Assembly (NCBI GenBank): GCA_010093605.1
Contig: MU004185.1
Location: 1,323,334-1,387,333, forward strand
DNA length: 64,000 nucleotides
Direction: 5' to 3'
Source of the DNA: Lophium mytilinum
Lineage: Eukaryota
The notes beneath the pieces were generated by a model, which was given only the letters and a program-made list of their open reading frames with translations, searched no databases and was not told the DNA's origin. Shown here piece after piece: positions 23,776 to 35,974 of the stretch. The position numbers and the translations under genes were made by a program. Position 1 is the stretch's first letter; every line of letters starts with the position of its first letter.

Positions 23776-25895
23776 GGTTGTGGTGATGATGGTCATCACC
23801 TTTGGGGTTGATGAGTATCAGTATTATGTAGTATAATGTGATACTGTTCGTTATCTGCCTTTACTGCTTCGTGTCATTGCTTTCTTGAAAATATACCAAG
23901 GCGTGCGGCTTCTTAATCAATCGCTTGCAAGATTCCCAGACACCGCGCCCACCATCGTCTGTCTCGTGAGCGGGTTTTGCAGACCCACGAAACCTTCTTT
24001 GCCACTGAAGAAAGGAAGGCTCCGTCTGCGAAGGGAGGGCGAGATTTTATACCCAGCTCTCGCCGACGAGACACGTGACCACATGTCCCCTTACCCTGCG
24101 AGACGGCCTCAACAATAGATTCAACAACAAGTACATTCAAGGAGGTGATCTATCACGTGTCTGATGGCCGAGTTCGGCATCTCGCCTAAGACTTCTCTAG
24201 TATAAAGTAGCTCTTTAGGAGTACAGGTTCTTCACCAAGAAGGATTTAGGAGATGGAGATAAAATATCCAATTCGCAGGCACTATGACTCTCGCTGTGGG
24301 AGTCTCCCAGCGAAATAATCCGAGAGAAACCACTGGTACATGGAGTTGGCCGTTGCGCTAAACGTAACATGGGAGAGAGATGAATACGATGTTGGGAGCC
24401 CGGTCCAAGATATCTTGGGATGATGCTGGTCGCTAGCATGGAGTGGTCTCTATGCTTTCAATCCTTATCAAGATCTGATAGCATGAAATGTACATCCGCT
24501 TTAATGTCGCGCAATCTCCAAGGCTGCTGTTGGAGCTTATCATCATCTTTCTAGTGGTTGCTCACATTGGAACCAGACATGGTATTTTGCAACCACCAGA
24601 ACACCACCATCCATGGAAGAAATTAAAGGGTGTGTTTTTCCCGCACCCCCAAAGTCGTCCTCTCTGTCCTTGAAGAGAAGCCCTTCCCTCTACCAGCGAG
24701 CGGAAGATTTTATACCCCTAACCAGCTCGGCGCACGTGCTCCACGTGCCCGTCTTCTCTTCCGTCGGCACACCATTACTCCGAACCATACAGCAACTCAC
24801 AGAGGTCCTCTGCCATCACGGGGCCAGCGGCGAAGTCATGTGCTTCGAGATATCGCTGGGTATAAAACACCGTCCAGCTTCGCCAGCTTCTGGTTTTTTC
24901 ATCGGGGTGGAGGTTGGGTTTGGGAGGAGATGAAAATAACCGTCCGCAAACTACTATGGCTTTGCCGTGTGAGACTGGTGGTATCAAATCGTGGGGCTCA
25001 ACAATCCGCAATGGAGTCTGTGCGTGGTCGGTGGAGGTGCAAAAGCGGCGAGCTACCGGAACGATGAAGTTGCTATGCTGGGCGGGCGTGTAAAAAGTAG
25101 ATCCTTCACAAACTATGGAGTGGGTGGTGGGGATCTTGCGGGATATCATGCAAGACCATAGAGATGATGGTGGTGCGGCGGTTGGGTGTCTGGAGTTGCG
25201 TTGTCATTGTTCTGTTCTGGTGATCAGCATCTTTGAGCAAGATGGAGGCCTGTAGTTCTCTGTAATCGTGAAGTCGCGAATAGTTTGTAGGGGAGAGATG
25301 GAGGTTGGAACGATCGAGTGATGGTGGACGTTATTACTAGGTTTTGAGGGAGGAACGCCGCCAACTCCATAGACCTTTTCTCCATCTGTTTTGGACGTCC
25401 CTCCAAACTCTCCCCACTCCGGCCATTGAACCCCAGCTCTGCAGTTTTGCTTCAAGACATGCCCATAAGGTCGAAGATGTTTCCCAACTTGAGAAAAAAA
25501 GGCAAGGAGAGTTTCATACAGAGAAAGTTCTCGCCAAGGCGCTAGAAGACAGGGCACGTGAATTCATGACAGGCACGCGTATAGGAAGTGAAGTTGATGA
25601 GATGAGACGAGAAGATCGAATTTTCGATTGAGCACGTTGACTTGAGTCATGTGGTACATATCAAGCACATGACAGATCCAATTTCCGGCTGATGAGGTGG
25701 AGAAGTCATTTGATTGAGAGTGACGGCCACACAGGTATTACAGTTGAAGCAACGCTCAGATAACCACCTAACCGGCATCCCAGCTGATGCATGCTCCCAT
25801 GAGAATGAGAAAGCTTTTTTCTATACCCGTCTCTACCCTAAAACATAAGTCGTTAATACCTTCCATCGAGCATGTGGTAGTCCAGTGGTCCCCTC

Positions 25896-26693
25896 TCATG
25901 GTGGAGGTTTCTTAGACCCTCTCCGCGTCTGCATGGGATGCAGCTCGCCAATCTTATCCGTGAAAGGCGAGTAAGGCGCCGCAATAACATGGAGGGGCGC
26001 TCTCTGATCTCGAGACGGCTCGCCCGAGCTTGGTCGCTGCCGTTGCTCTTCATGCAGCTTGTCTAGCGATTCGCCAACGATGTGATATTTCGCCCAGTTG
26101 ACCGGCGGAGCGCGGAAGATATTCTGCGGGGCTGGCACTGGAGGGAATTTCGACTTCAGCTCTGGTGGCGACGTATCCGCAGAATCCTTCCGGGCGTCAA
26201 GCCGCTCCCCTTCGTTTCCACTCGAAGACCCCCCAGCATCCGGGTCGTCGAGGGTAGGCGCCAGGATATTCGAAGCCGGGTTCGCAGACTGCAGTCGCCC
26301 GGCTCGCAGCTCGCGCACAAAGGCCTCGGGCTCGGCCACAGCGGCGGTCTTCAGTTTCTCGAGCGTCAAGAGGTCGCGCTTGCTCTTTTCGCGCTGTAGT
26401 TGGAGTAGTGATATGGCGGACCGCATGGCAATGACATCGGGGTTCTCGCTCTCTGATATCGGCACCGGCGCGGGCTGCTTCATGAAGGTCGCGGGTTGCG
26501 GGGGGAGAATGCGCTCTTGGACATTGCTGTCTGCAGGCACCGTCGCTAGCTGGGCGAGGGTCGCAACGGGCGTGAGGGGCGAGACGGGCGGCCTCCGGGG
26601 CGAGCCTTCGCCATCGTTGTAGTAGTCATCGTAGCTTTCGTCGCGGGAGGGCGTTTCGTCGGGGGTGGGCGACGGAATCGTCACTGCGGGCAT
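25896..26693 (-). CDS. Conserved hypothetical protein resembling the N-terminal conserved segment of ZZZ3 (HAT-complex subunit-like)
   Basis: NPDVIAMRSAISLLQLQREKSKRDLLTLEKLKTAAVAEPEAFVREL...PAPQNIFRAPPVNWAKY resembles, from memory, the ZZZ3 segment. Intronless 265-aa ORF. Confidence 0.65.
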   Translation of the reverse strand: MPAVTIPSPTPDETPSRDESYDDYYNDGEGSPRRPPVSPLTPVATLAQLATVPADSNVQERILPPQPATFMKQPAPVPISESENPDVIAMRSAISLLQLQREKSKRDLLTLEKLKTAAVAEPEAFVRELRAGRLQSANPASNILAPTLDDPDAGGSSSGNEGERLDARKDSADTSPPELKSKFPPVPAPQNIFRAPPVNWAKYHIVGESLDKLHEEQRQRPSSGEPSRDQRAPLHVIAAPYSPFTDKIGELHPMQTRRGSKKPPP

Positions 26694-28509
26694 GGTGGAG
26701 GACGAGTGGCGGGCCTCAAGAGGCAGCGGGCCACAACGCGGAGGGACCAGGGCTTAGCGCAGCTCCTAGACGCCACGCGGTGAGGCTGGTGAAGACGAGG
26801 ACACGCGCGATGCTGGCCCGCAGCGCGAGATGAGTTGCTCACGGGCGTGTGGGCGCGATGGGATGGCGTTGCGAGGTTGGGACTGGCCTCGCCTGTGCGT
26901 GCAACGTTGGGCCAGCGTCCAGATCCCGAAGGTCGCTTTTGCAGGCAGTGGCGTCTGGCTGGGCGGGCAGGACGGGAATAGACAAGCGAGACGGAGCCCT
27001 GGAAATGTGACGCGTCTCTTCCAGCCCGAACAGTCGCCGTGTGCTACTGCAAAAGGCCTCTCTGCGCTCTGAGACAGAATCGGGAGTGCGGCAATCGTGA
27101 ATCTATCGGGATCATCCTAGGCGAACGGGCCGAGAAAGATGTCGCGCACGACCCGATGCTGTCCCTCCACAACTTCCCGACTACGTACTCGCGAACCTCA
27201 TGTCGACTCAATCATGATGTGCGGAGCCATCTTCCGCTAGCAACCCGAACTTCTGCGTTCCTGAACGGCTTCCCGGCGAATTCTCAATTGGTCAAGGTTG
27301 AATAAAAGCTCGCTGCCTGGGCGGCCCCTATTGGACTGCCCTGCAAAAGACGATTAATTACGGCCCACTCGCGCGGCACAAGCTTCCTAGCCAGCGGAAA
27401 AAGAAACGGCAATACGGGTCCACATTCGGGGCGCGCAGAAGCACTGCAGCAGGCGACTCCATGGTTGGGCTGCTGTGCCCAAAGTCCATGCTGCAATTGC
27501 GTGGAGAGCGGTGACGCAGCACGAGGAGCCTCATTCCCGCAGATCACCGATGCGGCCAAGTAACGAAGCAGCTTCCCCCGAGTCCCGGCTTCGGGCAGGC
27601 TTCGAAGCAGGCTCTGGGCGCGCCTCCAGCTCCACCATGTCGTGCCGTGCTGCCAGTCAGTGCCGTGTGGCTTGCTTCCCGCACAGCTGGACGCCCTCTC
27701 CACTTCCCTCTCCTGTGCAAGATCGCCGCATCCGCTATCAGCTCCCAAGCCATGAAAAGAATGACAGCGCGGGGGGCAGGGAGCAGCGTCCCTCGAGCCG
27801 ATGTCATCAAAGCAGGGCAACTTTGCCAGGCGTTTGCTCGTGAAATCTGGGGGGAAACCCATCAGCTTCCATATTCGACCTTCTCCGCAAGCACTGCGCC
27901 AGCACCCTGCAAGCTCTGTGATCCGACCATGTGCGGGTCCAGATCTCGTGCCTTCCTAGTCAGCCATCTGTATCGATCAAAGACGTAAGCTCCGTTGGCA
28001 GTCCTAGCAAGGAATGCGTCGCAGCTTGTGGGCGCTGGGCAAGAAACCGCCCAGCTTCCCGGAGCAGATCCCGCCTCAGAAGCTCTCATTCGTTCCACCA
28101 CCATGCCGGCGAGGAGACGGTAACGGACTGCTGGTAATCTAAACTGCCCAAACGCCAGGTGCCGTGGCAGGCTGAGGCCCTGCGAAGCATCTGCCAGCAG
28201 CCCGTCCGTATTCTTCCAAGCTACATCCTTGTTTATCATTCCCCCCGTTCCCCTCGACCCTTTCGCGTCCGTGTCCTTCGTGTCCTACTCGTCGTTTTCC
28301 GCAGCCTCTACCCCTCTGTCTCACTTTCCTGCTTGCGACTGCCATATTTCTGACTTTGCTTTGAATAATTCCAATGGTGCTGGCTGTGAATTGAGATTTC
28401 GGCATTTTTAGCCTAGTAAGAGATCAATGACTCTAGTCGGCCGCGCGCTAACTCACCGGCTGCTAGTCGATCTCGTCCATTCGTTGCAAGATTACTTCGT
28501 GCTTCCGCC

Positions 28510-30384
28510 ATGTCGCGCGTCGACGTCAATAGTCTCGCACCTGCGCGAATTCCAAAACTTCAAGTCAAAAATCGCACACCGCTAGACCAGATCTCGATAT
28601 CGACAACCTCGAGCGGAGAGCCGAGAGAGAGCGAAGACCCCGACGCCATCAGTTCAATTCCCCCACGAGACGAGAATCCTCTTCGCAATTCTACCGGGAG
28701 CTCATCTTCACGTGTAAACTTAGACCGCAAACTATCCGCCACCACCACTCTGGCTAGCAATGTCTCTGGCTCTGTATCGAAAAGCCCGAAGAAGGAGAAA
28801 AAAAAGGGGCCCTCTGTATTTGGCTTCTTGACCCTGAAAGAACCTTCACAGACAGCCCTCGAGCAATTCGCTGAGAGAACACGCCAGCAAGCCGCCGAAA
28901 AAGCTGGATCACAGAGTACGGGTCGAGTCAACGCCGTTGGCCTATCTGGCGTCTCTACCCAAAAACTGCCACCGAATGTCCCTAAAGTGAATTCAAAGTG
29001 GGATGGAATTCCAGAGTCTGTCAAGGCGAAAGAGGCGGCGCAGCGCAAAAGCATATCTGCATCGAAACGAGGTAGTCAATACCTAGAAGGTTCATACAGC
29101 ACGAGGTTCACGAACCATTCGAATGGCAGTTTCAACCCTCCCAACTCGCTCGCATCATCAAATAGCTCTCTCAAGAAAGCACAACGGCCGCCATCCCTCA
29201 GTCGCAGCGTTTCCAGTTCGGGAAGCGGGCCGAGAGACCTCGTACTGCGCTATGCAAACCGGCCTGTCGGTATATTTGACCCTGCAGCAGCCGGACTCAA
29301 AACTCGGGCGTCTCTAACATCGCCATCTATGTCTTCTTTGCCAGAGATTTCCTACTTCTTCCCAAGTGACGCCCATGGACCTACTATAGCTACCGAAGGA
29401 AGTCCACCCGATAATCAGCCAATGACACCAAAAGATCTGTCATTAGAAATAGCCTCTAAAAATTCGAAGGTCGAGTCCACCGGTGTCGAGGATGTCGCTT
29501 GGGTGGCCCGATCACCAACATTGGTCGACTTCAGTACCGACTCAAAGATCGTGGACACGCAAACCATTATGAAAAGAATATCATTGAATCAGGGCTTCCT
29601 TGCTGGGGAAGCACAAGAAGTGGTTTTACCAGACGAAGACGATGAATCAGTCCTCGAAGCGCCATCCGTGGCGGAAGATATGGCGGAAGATACAGCGAGC
29701 GAAGCGAACGCAGAGCCGCTGCTGAACCCTGAGTCTACCACCGGAATGGAGCCTACAGCAGGGTACATGCTGTTGACAAATGGACCGCAGCCAACAGGCG
29801 AACTAGAGACGGTTCCTGAAGCAGCAGAATCAGACCTGGAGGTACTTGAACCAAAGGATACTCGCCCAGAACCAGAAGACTCTCCGGTCGCAGATGTACC
29901 AGAAATCCCATCAAAGAACCCAAATCGCTATTCCCTTTCGCCCACATCGTCAGCAAGCACACGCACCAACTTCAGCCGCCCGCTCTCATACCAGCCTCCT
30001 CTAGAGACAAAGATTCCTTCGCGGCCTTCGAGTGCCAGAACTATCCTCCCAACCTCATCTCTAGATACCCCTACTATTCTAGAAGCCACTACAACGGATG
30101 AAGCTGTTGTTAACCTCGCCCCGTTGAACCAGAACAACCACTTCCGACAGTATAGCATGGATGACACGGCATCAATAGCGGGTTCCGTTGCCGCTAGCTC
30201 CATTGCGCCCTCTGAGATGAGCGCGCGATGGTTCCAGTCGCCGCGCGAGCGGCTAGGGCTTGGAGGTAGAATCAGGAAGAACGACGCGCTGCCCTGGGAG
30301 ATGGGACTGGGCGAACGGGATGCGGCAGACAAAAAGAACAGTAAAAGGAACAGGTTGAGTCTGTTTGGGAAGAGCGCGGCTTGA
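28510..30384 (+). CDS. Hypothetical Ser-rich, largely disordered protein (624 aa)
   Basis: Long ORF with GCCATG context and short conserved-looking islands (FGFLTLKEPS, KLPPNVPKVNSKWDGIP, GFLAGEA, WFQSPRERLGLGGRI..LPWE). Confidence 0.8.
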   Translation: MSRVDVNSLAPARIPKLQVKNRTPLDQISISTTSSGEPRESEDPDAISSIPPRDENPLRNSTGSSSSRVNLDRKLSATTTLASNVSGSVSKSPKKEKKKGPSVFGFLTLKEPSQTALEQFAERTRQQAAEKAGSQSTGRVNAVGLSGVSTQKLPPNVPKVNSKWDGIPESVKAKEAAQRKSISASKRGSQYLEGSYSTRFTNHSNGSFNPPNSLASSNSSLKKAQRPPSLSRSVSSSGSGPRDLVLRYANRPVGIFDPAAAGLKTRASLTSPSMSSLPEISYFFPSDAHGPTIATEGSPPDNQPMTPKDLSLEIASKNSKVESTGVEDVAWVARSPTLVDFSTDSKIVDTQTIMKRISLNQGFLAGEAQEVVLPDEDDESVLEAPSVAEDMAEDTASEANAEPLLNPESTTGMEPTAGYMLLTNGPQPTGELETVPEAAESDLEVLEPKDTRPEPEDSPVADVPEIPSKNPNRYSLSPTSSASTRTNFSRPLSYQPPLETKIPSRPSSARTILPTSSLDTPTILEATTTDEAVVNLAPLNQNNHFRQYSMDDTASIAGSVAASSIAPSEMSARWFQSPRERLGLGGRIRKNDALPWEMGLGERDAADKKNSKRNRLSLFGKSAA

Positions 30385-31252
30385 TTGATACATGCATGAG
30401 ACATGATGGAAACGAGCTCGGAGTTATGAATTTTACGCACAGCGCTTTGGAAGCGCGTCAGACCTACTGTAATAGATGAGCTGACAGGTAGCGATTCTAG
30501 CGCTCTTCGGGAGCCGGGTTGGGATTGAGTTTGACGAATTAGTCATGAATGGGAAAGGGGCTATGTTTGCAAGGTTTTTTCTCGCTGAGATTCCTATTTC
30601 TTGGGCTTGGTGTGGTTGGATATTCGGATACCCGGTGGCGCCAGTGGCAAGGCTTTTACCCCTGGGCTTGATTAAGTAAATGTCGGAGATAACATAATGT
30701 GGAATATCGCTTATACGAATATTGTTCTCCCATCTGCTGTTGACGGCTACTATACTTAGGAATCCTACAAATTGACATTTAACCTTGGCACGAGTGGCGA
30801 ATTTCAGGAGAGTAGTTTACATAACACTAGTGAAGATGGCAGCTGATGGAAGGAATATCTGCCTTGTAAAAGGCTATAGTGGTAGGCTGGAGCCTGATTT
30901 CTTGCTTTTAGTCCCAAAGGTTGCTGCGTGAGTGACGCTGTCCTGGCTGTCTTGACGGCCTAGCGTCTTCTGCCTGGTGAAGAAAGCGGGCCGAGCCAAT
31001 CGCCGATTTATCAACTTCACCAAACACGTCAAACACGGCCTCCATCCGAACCCGACTCGACTTCCAACCCTCAACCTCGCCATCTTACTCCTTGCCTCCC
31101 CCCCAATCCACACCACACCATGGCCACCGCCACTCCTGACTGCTGAGTAGACCTGTGCTGGTCTTCTGCAGTCTCGTACGCGTGCGTGTAGACTCGACCT
31201 CAACATTCGCTTCGAACGACAACCAGCACCGTCTCGCCGGAATCCTGCAGCC

Positions 31253-31990
31253 ATGTACATAACCTCGGAGCTGTTCACGACCGAACCGGCCTCTGCAAAC
31301 GAAACCAGTTCCACGGATTGGAACTCCATGTCAGACTGGCCTGAGAACTCTCTCTTCCCGGCCAATCTGGGCAAGCGGAAAAGGAACACAGATGGAGACA
31401 CCGAAAAAGCATCCTCTTCCTACGCGAACCAAGCCAGCGGAAGTCCCTACAATTTCAACCTCGAGGCAGCGTTCAATCCTCGCCAGAACCTCTTGCGAAC
31501 CCGCTCGTTGCCAGTCTCGCACAATGACATCCGCATCTTCCACACCTCCCAACTACCCAGTGGTCCGCGCTCGCTCTTCTCACACGATCTGCCACGCGCC
31601 GGCAGTAGCAGCTATCAGCCGCCACATCTAGACGTGGACGGCCCCCCACTTGCTAAGCATCGCCGCAAAATCCTGCCACCGAAACCCTCTCGCATCGCCG
31701 CCTTCGCCACTACGACGGCCAACCCCGCAGCCTCGAAACCATCTTCACAGGACCTTCGTTCCTGCAAGATCTGCCACAAAGCACCGACGCGGAATCGCGA
31801 TCTCGAGACCTACATCTCATGCCACGCGTGTGGAGAACGGGCGTGTCAGATCTGTACGCGAACATGCGAGGGAGGGTGCGCGAAGCTAGTGTGCAGCGCG
31901 TGCTGTAAGGAGGTTGGCAATGATGGCGACGCCTGGTGTGTTCGCTGTGTAGAGAGGAGGGAAGATGGAGCTGGAGATCAGATGGTCTGA
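31253..31990 (+). CDS. Hypothetical protein with C-terminal Cys-rich zinc-binding domain
   Basis: 245-aa ORF with CKICH...CHACGERACQICTRTC...VCSACC...WCVRC. Confidence 0.75.
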   Translation: MYITSELFTTEPASANETSSTDWNSMSDWPENSLFPANLGKRKRNTDGDTEKASSSYANQASGSPYNFNLEAAFNPRQNLLRTRSLPVSHNDIRIFHTSQLPSGPRSLFSHDLPRAGSSSYQPPHLDVDGPPLAKHRRKILPPKPSRIAAFATTTANPAASKPSSQDLRSCKICHKAPTRNRDLETYISCHACGERACQICTRTCEGGCAKLVCSACCKEVGNDGDAWCVRCVERREDGAGDQMV

Positions 31991-32823
31991 ATGTTTCGAC
32001 TCTCCGGGAACGGCTGGATATCATCGAGATCCCTACCCGCTTTTACAGCCAAGAGGACACGGGCGACCCGCTACATGCGATCTTTCCAGAGAAAGAGGGC
32101 TTTTCATACGGCTAGCCACCTGGAACTTTGTTTTGTCTTATTCCATTGGATTCAGCGAGCGGGTTTTGGAGACTTGGACGTAATATTTCAGCATCGGCGT
32201 TAGCATTGGTGGGATACCAGGACTCTTACGATTTCTTTAACTTCCTTTCGATCCCATTCTCGGCATTTTATACCCCAACCGCCCGCGGCAGGAGTTCGAT
32301 CTTGCTCTGGAGACTCTCACAGTACATGGAAGGCTGCCCTGACAACCTAGCGGAGAGTTTCGGGCTCGATTCTCATTGGTAAATTTAAAGGGCGTAGCAT
32401 CATATAGCACCACCATTTGTCCAACAGCATAACACAGGATAGCATAGCCAGTCATGGACTAGTCGGAGCGGCTGTGGTAGTAGAGATAATAATGTAGTCA
32501 TGTTTCCACTAGTCGCTTCGTTGTGTGATATCTGTCACGTCTTCTTATCTCTACCTCGTGTTTCCCAGAGTCACCTCCCCTAGTATTGGCATCACAGCCA
32601 GCTCACATCCTCATCATGAACACTTCCCTACGACCCTCTGCCCCTTTCAACGCCCACATCACTTCCCCATGGCCCATCACACCGCCAGAACACCCTCTCC
32701 TTTCCCCACCCTATATCTCACACCCCTCAACCCTCCTCCATCCCCACCACGCCATCTCCCCTACACCACAGCCCACAAAACCCGCCAACTAACCACCAAA
32801 AAACCCCAAATCAAGACTAACAC

Positions 32824-33240
32824 ATGACCAAAGTCTCCTTCCGCTGGAAATGCTGCCAATCCGGCCACTTCCAACCCCTCACGACGCCCTGCCCCTGCGC
32901 CCACAAGCGCTGCAAGAAATGCCAGTACGTCCACGTGCGCCCGCCGCTGCTGAAGCGCAAAGCCCCTCCTGCCCCTAATCCTGAGGCAGCGGGTATGGGC
33001 GGCCAGCCGGTTTTCACGCAGCCGCCGCAGGGAGGGTTCCAGGGCGGGTTTGGGGGACAGCAGCAGCCGCAGGGGCAGTTTCAGGGGCAGAATAACCAGG
33101 GCGGGTTTGGGGAGGGGGACTTTGAGGAGGGGGACGCGGCGACGGGGCAGGCGGATTCGATGATAGGGGAGGGGGCGTCGCGGGGTTCGAGGGGTGGAGG
33201 GGCGGGGACGGGGATGCAGTTTCGACGGGGCGGGCGGTAG
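32824..33240 (+). CDS. Small hypothetical protein with Cys-rich (zinc ribbon-like) N-terminus and Gly/Gln-rich tail
   Basis: WKCCQ...CPCAHKRCKKC motif. The true start may lie in an upstream exon (CTAAC...AAG at 32817-32833). Confidence 0.5.
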   Translation: MTKVSFRWKCCQSGHFQPLTTPCPCAHKRCKKCQYVHVRPPLLKRKAPPAPNPEAAGMGGQPVFTQPPQGGFQGGFGGQQQPQGQFQGQNNQGGFGEGDFEEGDAATGQADSMIGEGASRGSRGGGAGTGMQFRRGGR

Positions 33241-33451
33241 GGGTGGGCTGGGGTGTTGATGTGGGTGGAGGAGGAGGAGGTAGGTAGATAGGGGGATAGG
33301 GACGGTTTAGCGTACTGGTGTTATGATAGCTAATGTATTGGGAGTGCTTTGATGTCTTCTTTAGCATAATCCAGTCGACCGCGCTGGGTGAGACTGTAGC
33401 CAGTTCTTCCTATCGCACTTGTGTGTGCTAGATGCTCCAGTTTCTCTAGAA

Positions 33452-33545
33452 GCCAGTGTGGTTTAGTTGGCTATAACGTGTTCGATACGGTGGTAGCTCG
33501 CACCGCCCGTCGAGCAGGACCCGAGTTCGATCCTCGGCGCTGACC
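33452..33545 (+). tRNA. tRNA-Val(TAC)-like gene with non-canonical anticodon arm (possible pseudo-tRNA or tRNA-like ncRNA)
   Basis: Acceptor stem GCCAGTG/CGCTGAC; A-box TGGTTTAGTTGG; anticodon stem TGTTC/GAGCA with a 21-nt insert at 33490-33510; T arm CCGAG-TTCGATC-CTCGG; T-runs just downstream. Confidence 0.75.
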
Positions 33546-33751
33546 CTTGGGAGTCTTCTCTTTTGCTTTTTAGTTTTGCTATTCAAGTGAATGCTCCAAG
33601 TTTTGCGTCATGAGTGTAGCATTTAAGCAGAGTAGTTAGGCAGTAGAAGACGGATCACGCATCTGTGAAACTACAGGAAGCTTTGAACGTCAATGTACAA
33701 ATCGAGGACTTCTTTTATTTGGGTATAGAAGATATGAATACATTTGAGCTC

Positions 33752-35613
33752 TCACAATGTCTTTGGTTTGCTTCGTTCGCTGCTGATGGCTCTGAATTTG
33801 CTCCCAAATATGCCACTCTTGGTGGCTAGATTCCACAAGCACCAAAGATAACATATCCCGAAGCCTGCGGCACCGATAAGCACGTTCAACACGACCCATA
33901 AGTCTGGCAAGCGCTCTGGAGGGGGGACAAAGCCTTCTAACACATGCCATCCAATCATAGCGAGATAAATATTGAGATGAAGAATCTTCGTCCCCAGAGT
34001 CAAGCCTCCAGATGTCCCTTCGTAGTATGCGGAGAGCGAAACGGGCGGGAGGCCGAGGAGGTATGCCCATAGGAGTGTGATGACGAAGTACGGAACCCGC
34101 AGGTCATCCCTCTTGAGAAGAGGAAACATAGTCCATACTCCTAGCATATTTGCTAGACCGACCCACGCCCTGATTGAAGGTAGTAGCCCCCGTTTTCCAC
34201 TCAGTAAAACGGTCATCGGTAGAAGTGGCAGGAGCACATTCTTCTCGTGGACCTGATACGAGCAGAGGAAGAAGCCCCAGGAGGTGGCCGCGAGAGCTAG
34301 AGGGAGAAGGTCCTTGCGTGGTTTGATAAGGAGGATAAGGCATGGCGGAGCTATGGCAGCAGAGGTGGCAAGGAGAGCCGCACGTTGGACCAGCGCGCTG
34401 GGATATTGATTGAGTTTGTGCCAGGTGTGAATCGCGCACCAGACGTTGGCGACTTTATCTTCAAACAGGCCGCGCGCGAATGGGAAGATTCGGTGGACTG
34501 ATTGGAAGAATTGGAGCACTATGGGGTAGTACCACGCCTTTTCGTTGAGGTTAATAGGCAGGGATGCCAGAAGAGGAGGAACGGAGTAGTTGGACATGTC
34601 GATGCCCCTGTATGAATCGTATGCTACTCCTAGAAGGAATGGAGCATAGAGTAAAGCGAAGGATACCGCGGTAACCAGCGCGATAGCAATTAAGCGTAGT
34701 GTTTTTATGCGCGGGACAAAACAGATGCCCAAGAGGTAGACAAAAAAAGCCGGGGCGTAGAACAGAGCCATCTGTTTAAAACCAAGGGCTGCTACGAAGA
34801 ACACGCAGCCCCATAGTGGGCGACCTGCAATCATGCTTGACATGCTACCAAGCACTAAACCGAGCATTACGGTGTTGTATTGGAAGTGACCGTGGTCAAT
34901 GAGCATGGTTCCGGGTTGCATCAGAACAGCCACAAGCGCAATGGATGCTTCCCACAGGTTTACTCCTTCTAGCCGCGAGAACCGACGGAGGAAGATTATA
35001 GCGGCGGGTATGTAGATGAAGTATTCTGAGACGAAGACGGTGGCGCGCATGTATATCTTTAGGGACGGGTCATCGAGGCCACGGGAAGTGAACAGCGCAA
35101 ACCAGCCTGGGTTTATGAGCGTGCCACTGTAATGTGTAAGTTTTTAGTACGATGTTCGAAGATACAATCACGTACACCGCACCAAGCAGCCAGCTATGAT
35201 ACGCCGTGAGAGGGGGATAGTCTAATCCCCACCACTCTAGGTCATGAAAGTACCATTGGGAAACGGGCAGGCGCGTGGTAATCTCCATCCAGTGTCTTTG
35301 CGCTTCAAAGTCCCCGTGCATGGGTGGCGACTCATAGCCTGCTTGTATCAGCCTTGATTGATCCAGCAGAAGAACCATATGTACCAGAGTATCCCCAAAA
35401 TCCAGTCGTCCATCGAAACAGCCCAACTGCCATTAGAATTAAAGGGAGAGTGACCCATTGCGACACTGTCCCTTTGGCAGGCCAGAGAAAGGCAACGAGA
35501 GGAAAGGCAGGTTTTGGGGTGTTCGTATTATCAATTGTGCCATGGGTGACGTGTGCGAGGGAGCTCTCTTGGATGCGTCTCCTTCGAGGCTTGTGGGGTT
35601 GTGGGGAGGCCAT
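33752..35613 (-). CDS. ALG6: Dol-PP-Man9GlcNAc2 alpha-1,3-glucosyltransferase
   Basis: [67 protein letters not shown] and QVHEK. Two introns. Confidence 0.96.
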
Positions 35614-35974
35614 GACGAGTGTTCGCTGGATCAAAGGAGCGTGTGCGGTTGTCGAGTGGGCATTTCGGTTCCAGAGAGGTGTTTGGCTGGCGATTTCGAG
35701 TCTCCAGCCGATGTACTGGCGCGAACGATGCACGTTGCTCCCTTGGTGTTGAACTTCTGAAATCCATGCAGGGGTCTGCAGGTGCGGCAACCACCGTCTT
35801 GGCGTTCCTCACCGCCTTGGGTTTCGCCCCACCCAAAAGGCTAGCGCAGAAATTTCTACGTCAAATAGCTCCCGCCTCTCCATTTTCTTCTTCCTCCTCC
35901 ACCACCAACCTTTCGCATTCTTCTCCGCGACTCCATCTACTTTCCCCTTGAGCATCATCTCAAGGACTTCACTT

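Noticed and set aside
24200..25640. Fragmentary minus-strand ORFs (possible decayed gene)
   Set aside because: Stops and frameshifts, no recognisable motif; no gene model could be built.
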